Positions 51,038 through 61,604 of a stretch of DNA of 64,000 bases are shown here, piece after piece. The stretch is from an uncultured Candidatus Hydrogenedens sp. (GTDB lineage: Bacteria > Desulfobacterota_D > UBA1144). The first letter of the stretch is position 1. Every line of letters starts with the position of its first letter. Where the stretch lies: positions 92,170-156,169 of the forward strand of contig CACLTT010000001.1 in assembly GCA_902609885.1 (NCBI GenBank), given 5' to 3'. Under the pieces are notes generated by a model that saw only the letters and a list, made by a program, of their open reading frames with translations, searched no databases and was not told the origin of the DNA. Made by a program: the position numbers and the translations under genes.

Positions 51038-53752
51038 TTAATTAAAATTCAAATATTTACCTGTTATTGATTTTGAATCTTTTATAATTTTTTCTGGTGT
51101 TCCAAGTGCAATTATTTTTCCACCATTTTCACCACCACCAGGTCCAAGATCTATTATGTGATCTGCAATTTTAATAATATCCATGTTATGCTCTATTATT
51201 ACTACAGTATTTCCACGGTCTGTAATTATATTAAGAGTTTTTATCAGCTTTCTTAAATCATCTACATGGAGACCTACAGAGGGTTCATCAAGAATAAAAA
51301 CCACATTTTTAGTATTTTTTGAAACTAAATATTTTGCAATTTTAATTCTTTGAGATTCACCTCCAGATAAAGTACTTGATGATTGACCTAATTTTAAATA
51401 ACCTAACCCCACAGAAATTAAAATGTCTAAAAGTTTTACAATTTTTTCATGTTTATTAAAAAATTTTTTTGATTCATCAATTGTTAAATTTAAAATTTCG
51501 AAAATATTTTTCCCGTTGTATCTAATTTTTAAAATATTATCTTTGAACCTTTTTCCCTTACAAGCTTCACAAATAACTTCAACATCAGCTAAAAATTGCA
51601 TCTCAATTATTTCTTTTCCTTCACCCTTACATACCTCGCATCTTCCGCCTTCAGTATTGAAAGAAAAACTTCCAGGCGTAAGATTTTGATTTTTGGATTC
51701 TGGTAATGCTGCCATTAATTTTCTAATTTCATCATATATCTTTATGTAACTTGCGGGATTAGATCTAGCACTTTTACCAATTGGTTCTTGGCTAATCATT
51801 ACAACCTCGTTCACATTCTCCAAACCTTTTATTGATTTTATTTCACCTGCATTTTCAAAAGGTCCTCCAAAGTATTTTATGGCATTCCCATAAAAACAAT
51901 CTTGTATCAAAGAGCTTTTTCCTGACCCTGAAACACCTGTTATAGCAGTAATTATATTCAAAGGTATATCACAATTTACATTCATTAAATTATTTTTTTT
52001 GGCACCTTTTATGGAGATTACTTTATTGAAATTTCTTCTTTTTAATGGGACATTAATTTTTTCTTTTCCAAATAAATACTTCGCAGTGATTGATGACTTA
52101 TTTTTCTTAAGATTACTTATTTTCCCACTAAATACTACTTGTCCACCTTCTAAGCCTGCCTTCGGTCCCATTTCTACAATCCAATCAGCTTTTTTAATAA
52201 TATCTAAATCATGTTCAATCAATAAAATTGTGTTATCTAAATTTTTTAAATTTTTAATTGTCTTATATAATTTTTCTACATCCATTTGGTGTAATCCTAT
52301 CGAGGGTTCATCTAAAACATAAAGAGTGTCAGTTAGCTCTGAACCTAGTTGTTGAGCTAAATTAACCCTTTGAGCCTCTCCTCCTGATAAAGTTCTCGAA
52401 AGCCTTGATAAAGATAAATAATTTAAACCCACTTCCAGAAGAAAATTAAGCCTTGAGAGAATTTGTTTTAAAGGTTCATCAACTATATCTTTCATACTCT
52501 TTTCAACTTTCAAATTGGTAAAAAATTTTTGTAAATCTGAAATATTCATTTCACATAAATCTTTTATTGTTTTATTTTTGAGTTTAACTTTTGATGCTAA
52601 TTCTCCGATCCTAGCACCACCACAGTCAGTACAATCAAATGGAGACCTAAATTTTGATAACAAAATTCTAATGTGCATCTTATATGATTTAGATTCAAGT
52701 CTTTTAAAAATTCCTTTGATACCTTTATAGGCTTGATCACCATTAACGATAAAATCAATTTCTTTTTTACTAAAATCTTTATATGGCTTATTTAGATCTA
52801 TATTGTTTATTTCACAAAATTCTACAAATTTTCTTTTTGCCCAAGAGAGTGAAGGTCTTTCTAAAACCGAAATACAGCCTTTGTTTATAGAAAGATTTCT
52901 GTTTTGAACTATTAAGTCCATGTCTGGAAGAAGAATATTTCCGAATCCTTTGCATGTTTTACATGCACCATCAGGGCTATTGAAAGAAAATTTATTTGGA
53001 GACAAGTTTTTGAATTCCTTTAAACAACTGGGGCAACAAAACTCTTTTTTGTAATCTTGCAAAATAACTTGATCTTCTAAACTAAAAATTGTAATAATCT
53101 TGAAGTTTTCATAAGCAATTTCTAATGATTCAATAACTCTAGACTTGTTCTTGCTATTTATAGATATTGTATCAAAAAGTGGAAAGTCGATAATCTTTTC
53201 TTTACTGTCTCCCATAATAACAATTTCTTCATTTACAATATGTTCAAATATTCCAATTTTTCTTAAATCAAATTCTTTTAATTTCTTATCATTCTTTCCA
53301 CAGATATGGACTTTTTTCCCATTGAAATTATTTAATAAATTTTCAAATATTTGAGAATTTGATAAATCCTCACATTTGATATTGCATTCAGGGCAATAAA
53401 TATCTCCGATTTTACTAAATACAACTCGTAGATAATCATAAATTTCAGTCATTGTCCCAACAGTTGATCTAGAATTTTTAATGTTATTTCTACTTTCAAT
53501 ACATATTGATGGAGGCAATCCTTCCAGGCTAGAAAACTCTGGTTTATCAATTTTCTCAAGAAATTGCCTAGCATATGTTGACATTGATTCTAAATATCTT
53601 CTTCTACTTTCAGAATGTATGGTATCTAGGGCTAATGATGATTTGCCAGATCCAGATAATCCCGTGACTACTGACAACGAATACCATGGTATTTCAACGT
53701 CAACATTTTTTAAATTATTGCCAGATGCCCCTTTAAGATGAATCTTTTTCAT
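51038..53752 (-). CDS. uvrA: Excinuclease ABC subunit A
   Basis: Two ABC modules (GLSGSGKSS, GVSGSGKSS, two LSGGE), zinc fingers, FSFN motifs. Confidence 0.95.
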   Translation of the reverse strand: MKKIHLKGASGNNLKNVDVEIPWYSLSVVTGLSGSGKSSLALDTIHSESRRRYLESMSTYARQFLEKIDKPEFSSLEGLPPSICIESRNNIKNSRSTVGTMTEIYDYLRVVFSKIGDIYCPECNIKCEDLSNSQIFENLLNNFNGKKVHICGKNDKKLKEFDLRKIGIFEHIVNEEIVIMGDSKEKIIDFPLFDTISINSKNKSRVIESLEIAYENFKIITIFSLEDQVILQDYKKEFCCPSCLKEFKNLSPNKFSFNSPDGACKTCKGFGNILLPDMDLIVQNRNLSINKGCISVLERPSLSWAKRKFVEFCEINNIDLNKPYKDFSKKEIDFIVNGDQAYKGIKGIFKRLESKSYKMHIRILLSKFRSPFDCTDCGGARIGELASKVKLKNKTIKDLCEMNISDLQKFFTNLKVEKSMKDIVDEPLKQILSRLNFLLEVGLNYLSLSRLSRTLSGGEAQRVNLAQQLGSELTDTLYVLDEPSIGLHQMDVEKLYKTIKNLKNLDNTILLIEHDLDIIKKADWIVEMGPKAGLEGGQVVFSGKISNLKKNKSSITAKYLFGKEKINVPLKRRNFNKVISIKGAKKNNLMNVNCDIPLNIITAITGVSGSGKSSLIQDCFYGNAIKYFGGPFENAGEIKSIKGLENVNEVVMISQEPIGKSARSNPASYIKIYDEIRKLMAALPESKNQNLTPGSFSFNTEGGRCEVCKGEGKEIIEMQFLADVEVICEACKGKRFKDNILKIRYNGKNIFEILNLTIDESKKFFNKHEKIVKLLDILISVGLGYLKLGQSSSTLSGGESQRIKIAKYLVSKNTKNVVFILDEPSVGLHVDDLRKLIKTLNIITDRGNTVVIIEHNMDIIKIADHIIDLGPGGGENGGKIIALGTPEKIIKDSKSITGKYLNFN

Positions 53753-53824
53753 AATAATTTTATTTTAACTATAATTTTTCATACCTTGAATTTTTTTAAC
53801 AATAGAGTAATTTAAATTTATTCT

Positions 53825-55072
53825 ATGGAATCCTATAAAACACAAGATCCTGAAGTTTATTCTATCATTAAAGATGAAATTCTTCGCCAAGAGAATGAAC
53901 TCCAGATGATTGCATCTGAAAATTATGCGAGTAGAGCAGTTATGGATGCTGTGGGGTCAGTATTAACAAATAAATATGCCGAAGGATATCCTAATAAGAG
54001 ATATTACGGTGGCTGTAAGCATGTCGATGAGGCTGAAGAGCTTGCCATATTAAGAGCAAAAAAACTTTTCGGTGCCGAGTCTGTTAATGTTCAACCTCAT
54101 TCTGGTGCTCAAGCTAATATGGCTGTTTTTCTTGGTTTCTTAAATCCAGGTGATACAGTACTTGGAATGAGCTTAGACCATGGAGGCCATCTTTCTCATG
54201 GTTCTAAAGTTAATTTCTCTGGAAGAATCTATAGTTCGGTATTTTATGGCGTAAGAGAAGAAACTTTCTTAATTGATTATGATCAAGTAGAAGAGTTGGC
54301 GTTAAAGCATAAGCCAAAACTTATAATAGCTGGCTGGAGCTCTTACCCAAGAGATTTAGATTACAAGAGATTTCGTGAGATTGCTGATAAATCAGGATCT
54401 TTGCTTTTGGCTGATATAGCACACCCATCTGGTTTAATAGCTGCAGGATTATATTCTGATCCAATACCCCATTGTGACTTTGTTACATCAACCACGCACA
54501 AAACACTTAGAGGTCCAAGGGGTGGAATAATAATGATGAAGGAAGAACATTCAAAGATTATTAATAGTAGAGTTTTCCCTGGTACTCAAGGAGGACCCTT
54601 GATGAATTCAATAGTTGCAAAAGCAATCGCTTTCAAAGAAGCATTGGACGACTCATTCAAAGATTATCAAAAGCAGGTATTAATTAACTCAAGACGATTG
54701 GCTGAGATTTTAATGAAAAATGGTTTTAATTGTATTACTGGTGGAACAGATACACACCTCGTTTTACTGGATTTAAGAGATTCTGGTTTTACGGGCAAAG
54801 ATGCTGAGAAAGCTTTATCAGATGCAGGTATTACCACAAATAAGAATGCTATACCTTTCGATCCACAACCACCTGCAATAGCCTCGGGGGTGAGGATTGG
54901 AACTCCTGGAGTGACAACTAGAGGCATGAAAGAGGAAGAAATTGATATAATTGGTGAATTAATTGTTGAAGCAATAAAGAATGGTGAAAATCAAGAAGTT
55001 TTGATTTCTTGTAAGAAAAGAGTTAATGATCTGTGTTCAAGATTTCCAATATATAAAGATTTACTTATTTGA
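53825..55072 (+). CDS. glyA: Serine hydroxymethyltransferase
   Basis: [33 protein letters not shown]. Confidence 0.98.
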   Translation: MESYKTQDPEVYSIIKDEILRQENELQMIASENYASRAVMDAVGSVLTNKYAEGYPNKRYYGGCKHVDEAEELAILRAKKLFGAESVNVQPHSGAQANMAVFLGFLNPGDTVLGMSLDHGGHLSHGSKVNFSGRIYSSVFYGVREETFLIDYDQVEELALKHKPKLIIAGWSSYPRDLDYKRFREIADKSGSLLLADIAHPSGLIAAGLYSDPIPHCDFVTSTTHKTLRGPRGGIIMMKEEHSKIINSRVFPGTQGGPLMNSIVAKAIAFKEALDDSFKDYQKQVLINSRRLAEILMKNGFNCITGGTDTHLVLLDLRDSGFTGKDAEKALSDAGITTNKNAIPFDPQPPAIASGVRIGTPGVTTRGMKEEEIDIIGELIVEAIKNGENQEVLISCKKRVNDLCSRFPIYKDLLI

Positions 55073-55109
55073 TTTGTCTAATTTAAAAGAATTTATGATA
55101 ATATGAAAT

Positions 55110-55574
55110 ATGTTTTGCGATGATGAAAAATGTAAAGGCCGATATGTTGGTTCCAGAGTTATAGATTCACGTCAAAGTGCTGATAAGATGTCTATTAGAA
55201 GGAGACGAGAATGTACTGAATGTGGAAAAAGATTTACAACTCATGAAAGATTAGAAGAATTTGAATTAATTGTTATCAAAAAAGATGGTTCAACTCAGGA
55301 ATATGATAAGTCTAAGATTGTCTCTGGGATGTTGAGAGCTTGTGAAAAAAGGCCAGTCAGTATTAACCAGATTGAAAACATTGTTTTTTTAATTGAAAAG
55401 AATTTAATAGATTCTGGTAAAAGAGAAGTAACAACGACTGATATTGGCGATTCTGTAATTAGACATTTATATGAAATAGATCAAGTTGCATATATAAGAT
55501 TTGCTTCAGTTTATAGATCTTTTGATGATTTAAGTGAATTTTTGAGCGAATTAAATAGTATTTTAAAAAAATAA
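55110..55574 (+). CDS. nrdR: Transcriptional repressor NrdR
   Basis: VIDSR, IRRRRECTECGKRFTT, ATP-cone, VAYIRFASVY. Confidence 0.96.
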   Translation: MFCDDEKCKGRYVGSRVIDSRQSADKMSIRRRRECTECGKRFTTHERLEEFELIVIKKDGSTQEYDKSKIVSGMLRACEKRPVSINQIENIVFLIEKNLIDSGKREVTTTDIGDSVIRHLYEIDQVAYIRFASVYRSFDDLSEFLSELNSILKK

Positions 55575-55575
55575 T

Positions 55576-56325
55576 ATGTTGATAGATACGCATTCACATT
55601 TAGATTTAGAAGAAGATATACCAAGTTTGTTAGAAAAATGTGAGAAAAATTTAGTTACTAAAATAATTTCCATATCTACAGATTTAGAAAGCTCAAAAAA
55701 AAATGTAGAAATTGCATCAAATTTTAAAAATATTTTTTCTAGTGTTGGATTTCATCCTGGAAGTGTTAAAAATGCGTCAAAAGATTTAAATTGTATTGAG
55801 AAGTTAGGGCTTGATGAAAATTGTAAAGCTATAGGCGAAATTGGATTAGATTACTTCTATGAGGGATATGATAAAGATCTGCAATTTGAATTCTTTGACA
55901 ATCAAGTATCTATTTCTGAAAAACTTAACAAACCTTTTGTTATTCATTGTAGGCAAGCTTATAAAGATGCTATCGATTTTCTTAAATTTAAAAATCCGAA
56001 AGTTCAATTTGTTTTTCATTGCTTTACAGAAGATTATGATACTGCAAAAAAAGTATTAGATTTAGGGGGGCTAATTTCATTCACTGGGATAATAACATTT
56101 AAGAAATCTTACGATTTAAGAGAAGTGGTTAAAAAAATTCCAATTGATACTTTTATGATAGAGACAGATTCTCCATATTTATCGCCTGAACCAAACAGGG
56201 GGAAAAAGAATAATTCATCAAATTTAATATATATAGCAGAATGTATAGCAGATACTTTAAATAGACCTTTTGAAAAAACTGCTGAACAAATTAGATTAAA
56301 TTCTGTTAAATTTTTTAATATATGA
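55576..56325 (+). CDS. tatD: TatD family nuclease
   Basis: DTHSH, GFHP, GEIGLDY, HCR, HCF, ETDSPY. Confidence 0.93.
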   Translation: MLIDTHSHLDLEEDIPSLLEKCEKNLVTKIISISTDLESSKKNVEIASNFKNIFSSVGFHPGSVKNASKDLNCIEKLGLDENCKAIGEIGLDYFYEGYDKDLQFEFFDNQVSISEKLNKPFVIHCRQAYKDAIDFLKFKNPKVQFVFHCFTEDYDTAKKVLDLGGLISFTGIITFKKSYDLREVVKKIPIDTFMIETDSPYLSPEPNRGKKNNSSNLIYIAECIADTLNRPFEKTAEQIRLNSVKFFNI

Positions 56326-57239
56326 AAAAAAATTCTATAGCAATAACAATTGGTGATTATAATGGCATTGGACCTAAATGTGTTGAGCTCGCTTTAAAGA
56401 AATTGAATTTGAAGAAGAATAAAATTTTTGTTATAGGTGATAATGAAATTTTTGATAAATTAAAATTTCCTAAAAACGAAAATATAGAGTTAATTAACAT
56501 AGGAAATAAAATCCGTTTTAATCCAGGCAAACCAACAAAATCTTCTGGCTTAGCATCTTTAAAATATATTAATGAAGCAATTAAGATGATTAAAAATAAT
56601 GATGTATCAAGAATTGTCACAGCGCCTATAAGTAAAGAAGCTATACAAAAAGCGGGATCAAAATTCAAGGGACATACAGACTTATTTGAAGATAGATTTG
56701 GTTGTAATAATGTAATCATGGCTTTTTGGTCTAAAAAAATTAAAGTTTCTTTGTCTACAATTCATATTCCTATTAAAAATGTTGTCAAAGATTTAAATAA
56801 TGAAAAACTTTTTACTCAATTGGAGTCTATTGACTATAATTTTACGAAAATATTGAGAAGAAAGCCAAGAATTGCATTATGTGCCATAAATCCTCATGTT
56901 TCCGAAAACGGTGCTATAGGTGATGAAGATTTAAAAATTACGGTGCCGGCTGCAAATAGGGCAAGGAAGAAAGGTATTAAGCTCCATGGACCATTTTCTG
57001 CTGATACACTTTTTTCTAAAAATAATATTAGATATTTTGATGTTTTTCATGCAATTTATCATGATCAAGGTCTGATACCTTTTAAAATGATATCTTTTGA
57101 AAAAGGCGTAAATTTTACATTAAACCTTCCTTTTATAAGGACATCTCCTGATCATGGTACGGCATATGATATAGCTTGGCATAAAAAGCCAAATTTTTTT
57201 AGTATGGTTGAGGCTATTAAATTAGCTATTAAATTATGA
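56322..57239 (+). CDS. pdxA: 4-hydroxythreonine-4-phosphate dehydrogenase
   Basis: GD.NGIGP, TAPISK, GHT, NPH, YHDQGL, RTSPDHGTAYDIA. Confidence 0.95.
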   Translation: MKKNSIAITIGDYNGIGPKCVELALKKLNLKKNKIFVIGDNEIFDKLKFPKNENIELINIGNKIRFNPGKPTKSSGLASLKYINEAIKMIKNNDVSRIVTAPISKEAIQKAGSKFKGHTDLFEDRFGCNNVIMAFWSKKIKVSLSTIHIPIKNVVKDLNNEKLFTQLESIDYNFTKILRRKPRIALCAINPHVSENGAIGDEDLKITVPAANRARKKGIKLHGPFSADTLFSKNNIRYFDVFHAIYHDQGLIPFKMISFEKGVNFTLNLPFIRTSPDHGTAYDIAWHKKPNFFSMVEAIKLAIKL

Positions 57240-57242
57240 ATT

Positions 57243-59357
57243 TTATATGTTTACTTTTCTAGGCTTGCCCGCTGATTCTTGTTCACCAACTATTCCTTCG
57301 CGTTCCATCATTTCAATTATATTTGCAGCCCTGTTATATCCTATTTTTAACCTTCTTTGAACCATTGAGATAGAAGCTTGTTTGGTCTGGATTACTATCT
57401 CAAGAGCCTGATCATAAAGGGGATCTTTATTAACGTTTATATCATCATTATCTATAGATTCCTCTGGAATTTTTGTTATTTCATTATTATAATCGGGAGG
57501 ACTTTGGTCTTTTAAATGTGACGATATATTTTCTCTTTCTAAATCCGATATGATTGACCCTTGAATCCTAATCAAGTTATTGGGCGGCTGCAGCAGTAGC
57601 ATATCCCCTTTACCCAATAATTCTTCCGCTCCTGATGAGTCTAGTATAATCCTAGAATCAGTTTTTGATGAAACTGCAAATGAAATTCTAGCTGGAAAAT
57701 TTGCTTTAATTAGCCCCGCAACGACATCAGCTGATGGTCTTTGACTAGCAACTATCAAATGTATACCAGCGGCTCTTGCCATTTGCGATAATCTTGTAAT
57801 CGATTCTTTTATTTCACTTGGGGCAACAAACATTAAATCTGCAAGTTCATCTATTATAATTACTATGTAAGGAAGTATATCAGTAGAAGGATTATAGTCT
57901 TGATTCTTTTGAACCTTTTCATTGTAGGAATCAATGTCACGAACACCTATATCAGATAATAGTTTATATCTAGTTTCCATTTCTTTTACAGCCCATTTTA
58001 ATGCTGCCGCAGATTTTTTAGGATCAGTTACTACTGGATGAAGGAGGTGAGGAATATCTTCATATCCCGAAAGTTCAAGCATTTTGGGATCAATCATTAT
58101 GAATCGTAAATCTTGAGGGGTTGCTTTGAATAGCATACTTGTGATTATACTATGCAAAAAAACACTCTTCCCCGAGCCTGTAGTACCAGCAATCATTAAA
58201 TGGGGTGCTTTCTTTAAATCCATAAATTTTGGTGTACCTGATATATCTTTTCCTAATGATAAAAAAATAGGGCTATTGTCTTTCATAAAGATATCTTTTG
58301 ATAAAAGCTCTTTAAGATAAACAGTCTCTCTATTATCATTTGGTACCTCGATGCCAACTACATCTTTTCCTGGAATTGGAGCAATTATTCTTACTCTTGT
58401 TGCCTTTAATGCCATTGCTAAGTCATCAGACAAAGATGCAATTTTGTTTATTTTTGTCCCTGCCTCTGGCTTATATTCGTACATAGTTATTACTGGACCA
58501 GGTTTAATTTCAGTAATTTTTCCACTAATACCGAAATTCAATAGCTTATCTTCTATCCCTTTAGCTTTTTCAATAGCAATATTTTTATCGTACGGAATTT
58601 TAGGTCCCTTTGGGTCTTCCAAAAGGTTCAAGTCTGGTAGAGTAAAATCCATATATTTCTTTTTTTTCTTTTTTTCGTCATTATCTATCGGTTCCGTTAG
58701 ATCATTAAATTTTTTATCTAATATTTTATTTTCAGTAGTTTTTTGATTCTCTTTATCGATATTTATAGTAATTTCGTCATTCATTCCTAAATTATTTTCT
58801 TTTACTTTTTCTTTAATTTTCAATTTTGTCATTCTGAATATTATATTTTTTAAAATTTTAAAAATATCTTCATTTAATTGTTTTAGAGAGAAAATTAATA
58901 TAAAAACATAAAAAAATGTTGTTCCTATACTTCCAGAAATATTAGTAACTAAATAAGAAGAAATTTTATATGGAATTAGTCCTATAAATTCATGATTGTC
59001 AAAAAAAGCTATATATTTTCTAAAAAGAAAAATTAATCCACTCGATGATAAAGAAAGTAAAAAAATAAAAAAAATTTTTTTTGGGAGATCTTTTTTATTA
59101 TTTTTGTAGAAATAATTTAATGATTTTTTGATAAAATAAAGGGATATGAATAAACCACAAAATCCAAAAAAATAATAAAACTTTGATCCCAATAAAGAGC
59201 CATATAATCCTAAAATTGATTTTTTATCAGAAATTCCAAATACTTCTATAATAATTCCAAGGCTAATAATTAAAAAAATTAATAAAATAAAAATTACCAA
59301 TAAATATATAGGTACTTGTTTAAAAAAATTAGTTAATTTCTCTTTAATCTTTATCAT
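57243..59357 (-). CDS. ftsK: DNA translocase FtsK
   Basis: N-terminal transmembrane helices, GTTGSGKS, IDPKMLE, IDELAD, QRPS, gamma domain QRRLKIGYNRAA. Confidence 0.96.
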   Translation of the reverse strand: MIKIKEKLTNFFKQVPIYLLVIFILLIFLIISLGIIIEVFGISDKKSILGLYGSLLGSKFYYFFGFCGLFISLYFIKKSLNYFYKNNKKDLPKKIFFIFLLSLSSSGLIFLFRKYIAFFDNHEFIGLIPYKISSYLVTNISGSIGTTFFYVFILIFSLKQLNEDIFKILKNIIFRMTKLKIKEKVKENNLGMNDEITINIDKENQKTTENKILDKKFNDLTEPIDNDEKKKKKKYMDFTLPDLNLLEDPKGPKIPYDKNIAIEKAKGIEDKLLNFGISGKITEIKPGPVITMYEYKPEAGTKINKIASLSDDLAMALKATRVRIIAPIPGKDVVGIEVPNDNRETVYLKELLSKDIFMKDNSPIFLSLGKDISGTPKFMDLKKAPHLMIAGTTGSGKSVFLHSIITSMLFKATPQDLRFIMIDPKMLELSGYEDIPHLLHPVVTDPKKSAAALKWAVKEMETRYKLLSDIGVRDIDSYNEKVQKNQDYNPSTDILPYIVIIIDELADLMFVAPSEIKESITRLSQMARAAGIHLIVASQRPSADVVAGLIKANFPARISFAVSSKTDSRIILDSSGAEELLGKGDMLLLQPPNNLIRIQGSIISDLERENISSHLKDQSPPDYNNEITKIPEESIDNDDINVNKDPLYDQALEIVIQTKQASISMVQRRLKIGYNRAANIIEMMEREGIVGEQESAGKPRKVNI

Positions 59358-59443
59358 TTAGTTTTAGTATGAAAATAGCGAAGACTAAAAAATAAGTCAA
59401 ATATAATTTTTATTAATATTATTTTTGAAGTAGAATAAAAAAA

Positions 59444-60487
59444 ATGCTATATAATTTATTAAAACCTATAATATGGCAAATTAATCCTGAAATAGCTCAT
59501 GATATTGTTATAAAACTTTTAAAAAATAATATTGTCAATTTATTTCTAAAATCAAAACCTAATGAAATACTTAAATGTAAATTAGGCAACATCGAGTTAC
59601 CTTCTCCCATAGGTTTAGCGGCAGGATTCGATAAAAATTTTGAAGTATTTGATAAAATGTTTAATTTAGGATTTGGGTTTGTTGAAGCTGGAACCGTAAC
59701 ACCTCTACCTCAGTCAGGAAATGAGAAGCCTAGGATTTTTAGGCTTCAAGAAGATGAAGCTCTAATTAATAGATTGGGTTTCAATAATAAAGGCTTGTCA
59801 GTCATTAAAGACAATATATTGTCTAAATATAGCAGGTTCATATCTCACAAATTAGGAGCAAACATTGGTCCGAATAAAGATTCGACTAATAGAATTGGTG
59901 ATTATGTAACTTGTTATAATTCCTTAGTGAAGTTTACTGACTATATAACAGTCAATATTTCATCGCCTAACACGCCTGGTCTCAGAAATTTTGAAAATAA
60001 AGAAATTGATGATCTTCTTAATGAATTAAGTAGAAATAGGCAAAATAGTAAAAGTATTTTTATTAAAATATCCCCTGACTTAGAGAGAAATGATCTTGAG
60101 GAATCTATAAATAAAATATTGAACTATGGAATGGATGGAGTTGTTCTTACAAATACTTCAATAGCAAGACCTCAATATTTACAGTCAAAATTTTCATCTG
60201 AAAAAGGTGGATTATCAGGGAAGCCACTGCAAGATAAATCTCGTGAATCAATTTCTATAGCATTTAAAATTACTCAAAATCAAATCCCTATAATAGGTGT
60301 AGGCGGTATTTTTGACCATAATGATGTGATAAATTCTTTAAAGGCAGGAGCCAGTGCCGTACAAATATATACTGGTTTAATATATAGAGGCCCAGGCATA
60401 GCTCGTAATATCAATGATGAATTAGTAAATTATTTAAGAATAAACGGACTTAAAAATATTTCAGAATTAATTGGTATTAATCATTAG
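59444..60487 (+). CDS. pyrD: Dihydroorotate dehydrogenase (quinone), class 2
   Basis: GLAAGFDKN, GTVTP, NRLGFNN, NISSPNTPGLR, GGLSG. Confidence 0.96.
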   Translation: MLYNLLKPIIWQINPEIAHDIVIKLLKNNIVNLFLKSKPNEILKCKLGNIELPSPIGLAAGFDKNFEVFDKMFNLGFGFVEAGTVTPLPQSGNEKPRIFRLQEDEALINRLGFNNKGLSVIKDNILSKYSRFISHKLGANIGPNKDSTNRIGDYVTCYNSLVKFTDYITVNISSPNTPGLRNFENKEIDDLLNELSRNRQNSKSIFIKISPDLERNDLEESINKILNYGMDGVVLTNTSIARPQYLQSKFSSEKGGLSGKPLQDKSRESISIAFKITQNQIPIIGVGGIFDHNDVINSLKAGASAVQIYTGLIYRGPGIARNINDELVNYLRINGLKNISELIGINH

Positions 60488-61186
60488 TTTTTCACCATTA
60501 TCAATATTGAAAATTTGACCGTTTATTTTTTTATTTTTAATAATATAATCAATAATATTTAAAATTGCCGATATTCCTTCTTCTGACTTATAATTTTTTT
60601 TATATAAGTTTTTAATTTTTTTATTATTAGGCTTTAGTACCGGCCCCAAGTTGATGGAATTCATTCTAACGCTATTTTTTAGATTTTTTGAAAATGTTCT
60701 AGTGAGCGCATCAAGCCCCATTTTAGAAATTATATAACTACTGAATTTTGTCCATTGATTCGTTAAACAAACAGCATCTCCAATATTTATAATATTCCCC
60801 GATGATTTTTTAATCATATGCTCGCTTATATGCTTAGACAAAAGAATCGGAGAAATTAAATTAATATTTAAATTTTTTAGTATTATATTATCCGAATTCT
60901 TATCCTCAATAAAAATTGATGCATTATTAATTAGTAAATCGATTGTGCCAAATTTTTTTATGCATTGATTTGAAAATTTTTTAATATTATTAATGTTATT
61001 AAAATCATATTTTATAATTTTCGAGGTTATACCATGCTCAAACAATAATTTTTTTAAATTTTTTGCATCGTTAGCACTTTGATTATAATGAATAAGTGGC
61101 TGATAGTTATTATTAGCAAGATGTATTACTATCTCTCTGCCTATTCGCTTAGCACTACCAGTTACCAGAGCTATTTTTTTATTCAT
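60467..61186 (-). CDS. SDR oxidoreductase, pteridine reductase/FolM-like
   Basis: TGSAKRIG, IHY, NNASIF, YIISK (YxxxK). Confidence 0.75.
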   Translation of the reverse strand: MNKKIALVTGSAKRIGREIVIHLANNNYQPLIHYNQSANDAKNLKKLLFEHGITSKIIKYDFNNINNIKKFSNQCIKKFGTIDLLINNASIFIEDKNSDNIILKNLNINLISPILLSKHISEHMIKKSSGNIINIGDAVCLTNQWTKFSSYIISKMGLDALTRTFSKNLKNSVRMNSINLGPVLKPNNKKIKNLYKKNYKSEEGISAILNIIDYIIKNKKINGQIFNIDNGEKLMINTN

Positions 61187-61604
61187 ATATATCAGTTGTC
61201 ATTTCTTGAAAAATGTCTTCTTTTTCATTAATTTCCCAGGAAATAAGATCCTTGTATTTATTATCATAAATTGAATAAATCATATAAACCATTTCAGGCC
61301 ATGCATATAATTTGTCAGTTTCAGATGCTATTGCTGGGTGATTTGGATGAGAATGATAAATTCCGATAATTGATCTACCCAAGTCTTTAGCTATTTTTTC
61401 GCCTTGAATATAGTCTTTAGGATTCAGCTCGTATCTATCAACAGCTCTTTTAGTATTTATATTCTGACATTCATGAAAATTTTCAACTTCATAGCCTGCA
61501 TTTTTTCTATTTCCTATTAATATTCCACAAACTTCGTTAGGAAACCCTTTTTCACAAATTTTAATAAGTTTTTCATTTATAGTTTTTGATATTCTTACCA
61601 CCAC
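61179..61604 (-). CDS. JAMM/M67 family metallopeptidase (Mec-like)
   Basis: PNEVCG, YHSHPNHPAIASETD (HxHx7Sx2D); overlaps the cysteine synthase stop. Confidence 0.88.
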   Translation of the reverse strand: MVVRISKTINEKLIKICEKGFPNEVCGILIGNRKNAGYEVENFHECQNINTKRAVDRYELNPKDYIQGEKIAKDLGRSIIGIYHSHPNHPAIASETDKLYAWPEMVYMIYSIYDNKYKDLISWEINEKEDIFQEMTTDIYE

